This document shows positions 60,431-64,000 of a DNA stretch of 64,000 nt, one piece after another. Below the pieces are notes generated by a model, which made no database searches, was not told where the DNA came from, and worked only from the letters and a program-made list of their open reading frames with translations. Source of the stretch: Candidatus Nomurabacteria bacterium (GTDB taxonomy: Bacteria; Patescibacteriota; Minisyncoccia; Phycocordibacterales; UBA9973); the NCBI GenBank assembly GCA_963832025.1, contig CAWHSF010000003.1, positions 207,665 through 271,664 of the forward strand, in the 5' to 3' direction. Each line of letters starts with the position of its first letter. Positions within the stretch are counted from its first letter, which is position 1. The translations under genes and the position numbers were made by a program.

Positions 60431-60739
60431 ATGAAATTAAATTTTTTCAAAAAGAAAAATAATTTTAAGAAGAAAAAGTTTGACATAAGGCCAGATTTCT
60501 TTTGGGAGATTATCTTTTTTTGTACGGCATTGATAATGGTGGGATCTTTTGTTTTTGGGTATTACCTTTTTATGAAAATAAATCAAGAGCCAACTTTGTC
60601 AATTTCCAGTAATTCCGGACAAGTCGGTACAGTAAATAAAGACCGTATTGAAAAAGACCTAAATTATTTTTCAGCAAAAGCACAAACATCAACTGAAATA
60701 TTAAATTCGTCCGCGCCGGTCGTTGACCCATCGCTCTAA
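60431..60739 (+). CDS. small bitopic membrane protein in pilus cluster (hypothetical)
   Basis: 102 aa; Lys-rich N-terminus then a TM. Confidence 0.35.
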   Translation: MKLNFFKKKNNFKKKKFDIRPDFFWEIIFFCTALIMVGSFVFGYYLFMKINQEPTLSISSNSGQVGTVNKDRIEKDLNYFSAKAQTSTEILNSSAPVVDPSL

Positions 60740-60778
60740 ATGTGCTAATTTTAAACAGTATTTATGAATAAACATTTG

Positions 60779-60851
60779 CGCGCTTAGCTCAGTTGGTAGA
60801 GCAACTCATTTACACTGAGAAGGTCGGGGGTTCGAGTCCCTCAGCGCGCAC
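60779..60851 (+). tRNA. tRNA-Val (anticodon UAC)
   Basis: Acceptor GCGCGCT/AGCGCGC; anticodon loop TTTACAC; T-arm GGGGG-TTCGAGT-CCCTC. Confidence 0.9.
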
Positions 60852-60869
60852 TAGAGCCTTAGAGAAATG

Positions 60870-60941
60870 CCCTCGTAGTTCAATGGATAGAACAGAGCTC
60901 TTCTAAGGCTTCGATGTAGGTTCGATTCCTACCGAGGGCAC
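60870..60941 (+). tRNA. tRNA-Arg (anticodon UCU)
   Basis: Acceptor GCCCTCG/CGAGGGC; anticodon loop CTTCTAA; T-arm GTAGG-TTCGATT-CCTAC. Confidence 0.9.
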
Positions 60942-61259
60942 AAAAATAAGCGGAGCATATTTTTGTGCCCGAGAGCGAGCAAACTGCTTTGCTCGCGGGT
61001 AGGAAGCGAAAAGCTTTTCATTAATAGCGAGAAATTTATTTCGAGCTATTTGAAAAGGTATACTGTTCCCGTAGGGAAAGATATCCTACCGAGGGCACAA
61101 AAATAAGCGGAGCATATTTTTGTGCCCGAGAGCGAGCAAACTGCTTTGCTCGCGGGTAGGAAGCGAAAAGCTTTTCATTAATAGCGAGAAATTTATTTCG
61201 AGCTATTTGAAAAGGTATACTGTTCCCGTAGGGAAAGATATCCTACCGAGGGCACAAAT
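60929..61259 (+). repeat. 2 x 157-bp direct tandem repeat, each unit starting with the last 13 nt of tRNA-Arg(UCU)
   Basis: CCTACCGAGGGCACAAA occurs at 60929, 61086 and 61243. The intervening 157-bp units read identical. Confidence 0.9.
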
Positions 61260-61278
61260 TTTAAATAAATTACGGTTG

Positions 61279-61287
61279 TGATACAAT
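61279..61287 (+). promoter_or_regulatory. extended -10 box TGaTACAAT, 6 nt before ATG 61294
   Basis: ttgtgatacaat-tgttct-ATG. Confidence 0.5.
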
Positions 61288-61293
61288 TGTTCT

Positions 61294-62061
61294 ATGGACG
61301 AAAATACGAATACGGAACCCATAGAAAATATCAACTCTGCTACCTTTAAATATATTCGTACTAGTTATTTACCATATGTAATTGTTTACATAGGTGTTTT
61401 TCTTGCCTTAATGATTATTTTTCACAACCCAGTTATTATTTACGTAATGATTATTCTGGGGTTCTTTGGGTACTCTTTTATTTTTAAAAAAATTAAAACT
61501 GAGTTCACAGAAGAGTTTGGTAAATCTATTGGTTTTAGTTACACAAAATCGACAGGAATAGAAACAGTTTCGGGGAAGTTATTTAAAACAGGTCACAGCC
61601 AATCTCTTTACGATGTTTTGACTGGTGTTTACCAAAATATCCCCATGCGTATTTTCACCCTATGCTTTACCGAAGGATATGGTAAAAATTCTCATACTTA
61701 CTCTTATACGGTTTTTGAATCCACTCTCAATAAGGTTGTGCCAGATATTTTATTATATTCAAAAAAACACTCAAGCGCCGTGCTTGATTTTTTTAATGGT
61801 GATGAGACAGTGGAGTTAGAAGGTGATTTTAATAAATATTTTAAATTACGAGTCCCAAAAGGATATGAGCAAGAGGCTTATCAAATATTCGCGCCCGATG
61901 TCATGGCTGATTTGATTGATAAAGCGCAAGAGGCCAGTTTTGAATTTACTGGCAACAAGCTTTATATATATGCTACGACAATCATCACAACCAAGGAACA
62001 AATGCAATCAATGTTTTCTCTTTCTGAATATCTTATTGCTTTATTTGATAAAAATATCTAA
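61294..62061 (+). CDS. hypothetical membrane protein (two N-terminal TM helices)
   Basis: 255-aa ORF. Possibly DUF3137-like; weak. Confidence 0.4.
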   Translation: MDENTNTEPIENINSATFKYIRTSYLPYVIVYIGVFLALMIIFHNPVIIYVMIILGFFGYSFIFKKIKTEFTEEFGKSIGFSYTKSTGIETVSGKLFKTGHSQSLYDVLTGVYQNIPMRIFTLCFTEGYGKNSHTYSYTVFESTLNKVVPDILLYSKKHSSAVLDFFNGDETVELEGDFNKYFKLRVPKGYEQEAYQIFAPDVMADLIDKAQEASFEFTGNKLYIYATTIITTKEQMQSMFSLSEYLIALFDKNI

Positions 62062-62093
62062 TAAATAGATAATTGTTTTTATTTTTCAGTTAT

Positions 62094-62102
62094 TGCTATA
62101 AT
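62094..62102 (+). promoter_or_regulatory. extended -10 box TGcTATAAT, 6 nt before thyA ATG 62109
   Basis: attgctataat-ctatct-ATG. Confidence 0.55.
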
Positions 62103-62108
62103 CTATCT

Positions 62109-63050
62109 ATGCAAGGCAAACACGTAGACGAATCTTATTTAGATTTATTGGAGCACATTATCAAGAATGGTGCGGTGAAAACTGACCGCACGGGAACGGG
62201 TACGAAGAGTTTATTGGGCTATCAAATGCGCTTTAATCTAAGCGACGGTTTTCCTCTTCTGACTACAAAAAAAGTTCCAATCAAATCAATCATCCACGAA
62301 TTGTTATGGTTCATGCGTGGTGACACCAACTTAAAATATTTGGCTGATAATAATGTGCACATTTGGGACGAGTGGCCTTACAAAGCTTATTTAATCAGAA
62401 ACAAAATGAATGTTCCAAAAACAGGCTCGGAAGAATGGAATTCGGGCATCAAGGAATTTATAGAAAAAATAAAAGCAGATGAAAGTTTTGCCAAAGATTA
62501 CGGAAACCTCGGTCCGATTTACGGATATCAGTGGAGAAGTTGGCCGACGCCAAACGGTGGACACATAGACCAGCTGGCGAAAGTCATAGAAGATATTAAA
62601 AACACTCCGGATTCTCGACGATTGATAGTTTCAGCCTGGAATGTAGCGGACATTGATGAGATGGCGAAAGCCGGACTTCCTCCATGTCATTGTTTTTTTC
62701 AATTCTATGTCGTGGATGGAAAATTGTCTTGTCAGCTCTATCAGCGCTCCTGTGATACTTTTCTCGGAGTTCCGTTTAATATTGCTTCTTATGCTTTGTT
62801 CACAATGATTATCGCACAGATTTGCGGATTACAGCCCGGAGAATTTGTTTGGACCGGCGGAGATGTTCATCTCTACTCAAATCATTTAGAGCAAGCGAAT
62901 TTACAACTTTCTCGTCGCGGTGATATTCGTCCGATGCCAAAAATGAAAATAAATCCAAACAAAAATAAAATTGCAGATTTTACAATCGATGATTTTGAAT
63001 TAATTGATTATAATCCTCATGAAGGAATAAAAGCCCCTATCGCAGTTTAA
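62109..63050 (+). CDS. thyA: thymidylate synthase (ThyA)
   Basis: [18 protein letters not shown] (catalytic Cys), GDVHLY motifs. The ORF is open from 62073. Confidence 0.9.
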   Translation: MQGKHVDESYLDLLEHIIKNGAVKTDRTGTGTKSLLGYQMRFNLSDGFPLLTTKKVPIKSIIHELLWFMRGDTNLKYLADNNVHIWDEWPYKAYLIRNKMNVPKTGSEEWNSGIKEFIEKIKADESFAKDYGNLGPIYGYQWRSWPTPNGGHIDQLAKVIEDIKNTPDSRRLIVSAWNVADIDEMAKAGLPPCHCFFQFYVVDGKLSCQLYQRSCDTFLGVPFNIASYALFTMIIAQICGLQPGEFVWTGGDVHLYSNHLEQANLQLSRRGDIRPMPKMKINPNKNKIADFTIDDFELIDYNPHEGIKAPIAV

Positions 63051-63055
63051 ACATC

Positions 63056-63571
63056 ATGATTTCACTAATTGCAGCCATTGGTAGAAATAATGAACTTGGG
63101 AAGGGGAATACTTTGCTTTGGAAACTACCAGCCGACATGGAACATTTTAAAAAAATAACTTCTTTACATACCGTTTTGATGGGCAGAAAAACTTTTGAGT
63201 CCCTCGGGCGTAGTCCTACGGGCGAGCCAGTTGGACGTCCATTGCCAAATAGGAGAAATATAATCATTACTCGAGATGTAAATTACAAAAAAGAAGGAGT
63301 TGAAATTGCTCATTCATTGAGTGAGGCTTTAGACATAATCGGAAACAACGATGAAGAAATTTTTGTTATCGGCGGAGCAGAAATTTACAAGCAAACCATG
63401 CCGATTGCCGACAAGCTTTACATTACCCATATTGATGCGGAAGATAGTTCTGCCGACAGTTTTTTCCCGGAAATTATTCCGATTGTTTGGAATGAAGTAT
63501 CTCACGAGGAACACGAAAGAGACGAGAAAAATCCCTTAAACTACACTTTTTCTGTTTACGAGAAAATTTAA
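63056..63571 (+). CDS. folA: dihydrofolate reductase
   Basis: MISLIAAIGRNNELG; MGRKTFES; VIGGAEIY. Contains a 9-codon insertion in the GRPLP motif. Confidence 0.85.
   Translation: MISLIAAIGRNNELGKGNTLLWKLPADMEHFKKITSLHTVLMGRKTFESLGRSPTGEPVGRPLPNRRNIIITRDVNYKKEGVEIAHSLSEALDIIGNNDEEIFVIGGAEIYKQTMPIADKLYITHIDAEDSSADSFFPEIIPIVWNEVSHEEHERDEKNPLNYTFSVYEKI
63209..63238. other. 27-bp GC-rich in-frame insertion with flanking GR/GR codon duplication inside folA
   Basis: ESLGR-SPTGEPVGR-PLPNRR; gggcgt...ggacgt flank the insert; CGTAG-tc-CTACG mini-hairpin. Confidence 0.5.
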
Positions 63572-64000
63572 ACGAGATAAGTGCTTTTGTATTGTCTAAT
63601 TTTTACACCGGCTAATTTAAATAGTTTTTTTGATGCTCGTACGATCGGAGTCTTTGCATATTTGTCACTTTCATAAATAACTTCCTTGATCCCATTCTGG
63701 ATTATGGTTTTTGCGCATTCGTTGCAAGGGAATAGATTGCAATATATTTTACATCCCTTGGTTGAATTATTGGCATTATAAACTGCGTTTTCTTCTGCGT
63801 GGCATACGTAAGCGTATTTTGTGTCTTCAAAATCCCCGACTTTCTCCCAAGGCAAAGCATCATTTTCAATTCCTCTAGGGAAACCATTGTATCCGACTCC
63901 CACTACAACATTACTATAGTCCACGACCACAGCACCTGCTTGAGTATTGGGGTCCTTGGATCTTTCGGAAATAAGATGAGCCATTCTCATAAAGCATTCA
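63568..64000 (-). CDS. dCMP deaminase (ComEB-like), 5' end beyond window
   Basis: CHAEENA...PCNECAK cytidine/deoxycytidylate deaminase zinc motif. The reading frame is still open at base 64000. Confidence 0.8.
   Translation of the reverse strand, partial: ECFMRMAHLISERSKDPNTQAGAVVVDYSNVVVGVGYNGFPRGIENDALPWEKVGDFEDTKYAYVCHAEENAVYNANNSTKGCKIYCNLFPCNECAKTIIQNGIKEVIYESDKYAKTPIVRASKKLFKLAGVKIRQYKSTYLV

Noticed and set aside
60942-61259. Tandem units after tRNA-Arg(UCU) considered as tRNA pseudogenes or a tRNA intron
   Set aside because: Only the 13-14 nt 3' core is shared with the tRNA. No D-arm or anticodon arm and no cloverleaf can be drawn, and the mature tRNA gene upstream is uninterrupted.
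1-64000. Alternative genetic code (e.g. UGA recoding) as the explanation for the split genes
   Set aside because: Long ORFs terminate normally at TAA, TAG and TGA (e.g. yebC ends in TGA). The split genes resume in a different frame rather than reading through an in-frame stop.

Overview
AT-rich (about one-third G+C by eye) bacterial chromosome segment spanning the replication-origin region: rpmH-rnpA-yidD-yidC-jag on the minus strand, dnaA-dnaN on the plus strand. The rest is compact housekeeping content. There is an unusually dense DNA repair/recombination set (yebC-ruvC, ruvB, polA, holA, uvrB, uvrA, uvrC, mutM, ruvA), plus tyrS, tsaE, rpsT, cspA, thyA-folA and a dCMP deaminase. Also present are type IV pilus genes (pilB; pilM-N-O), a VirB4 plus T4SS-pilin-like cluster, two paralogous MacAB/HlyD-type efflux modules, and an ECF sigma factor next to a 1310-aa tandem-repeat surface protein. 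I identified five tRNAs. Gene style and content fit a Patescibacteria/CPR (Parcubacteria-like) genome; that placement is inference. The most unusual signal is at the nucleotide level: several families of short palindrome-ended repeats. (i) Some sit in-frame and stop-free inside essential genes (polA, uvrA, uvrB, uvrC, yebC, an ABC-F gene, folA, a tRNA-binding protein), recalling Rickettsia palindromic elements. (ii) One family forms intercistronic hairpins whose 3' arm ends exactly on the downstream ATG. (iii) Others are REP-like intergenic palindromes with compensatory arm changes. Other observations: an apparently leaderless promoter architecture (TGnTAnnnT, 6-8 nt, start codon); a ~220-bp high-GC islet encoding a 44-aa Cys-containing peptide with a canonical SD; a 157-bp tandem duplication seeded on the 3' end of tRNA-Arg(UCU); and 11 gene interruptions that are all +1 frame changes.
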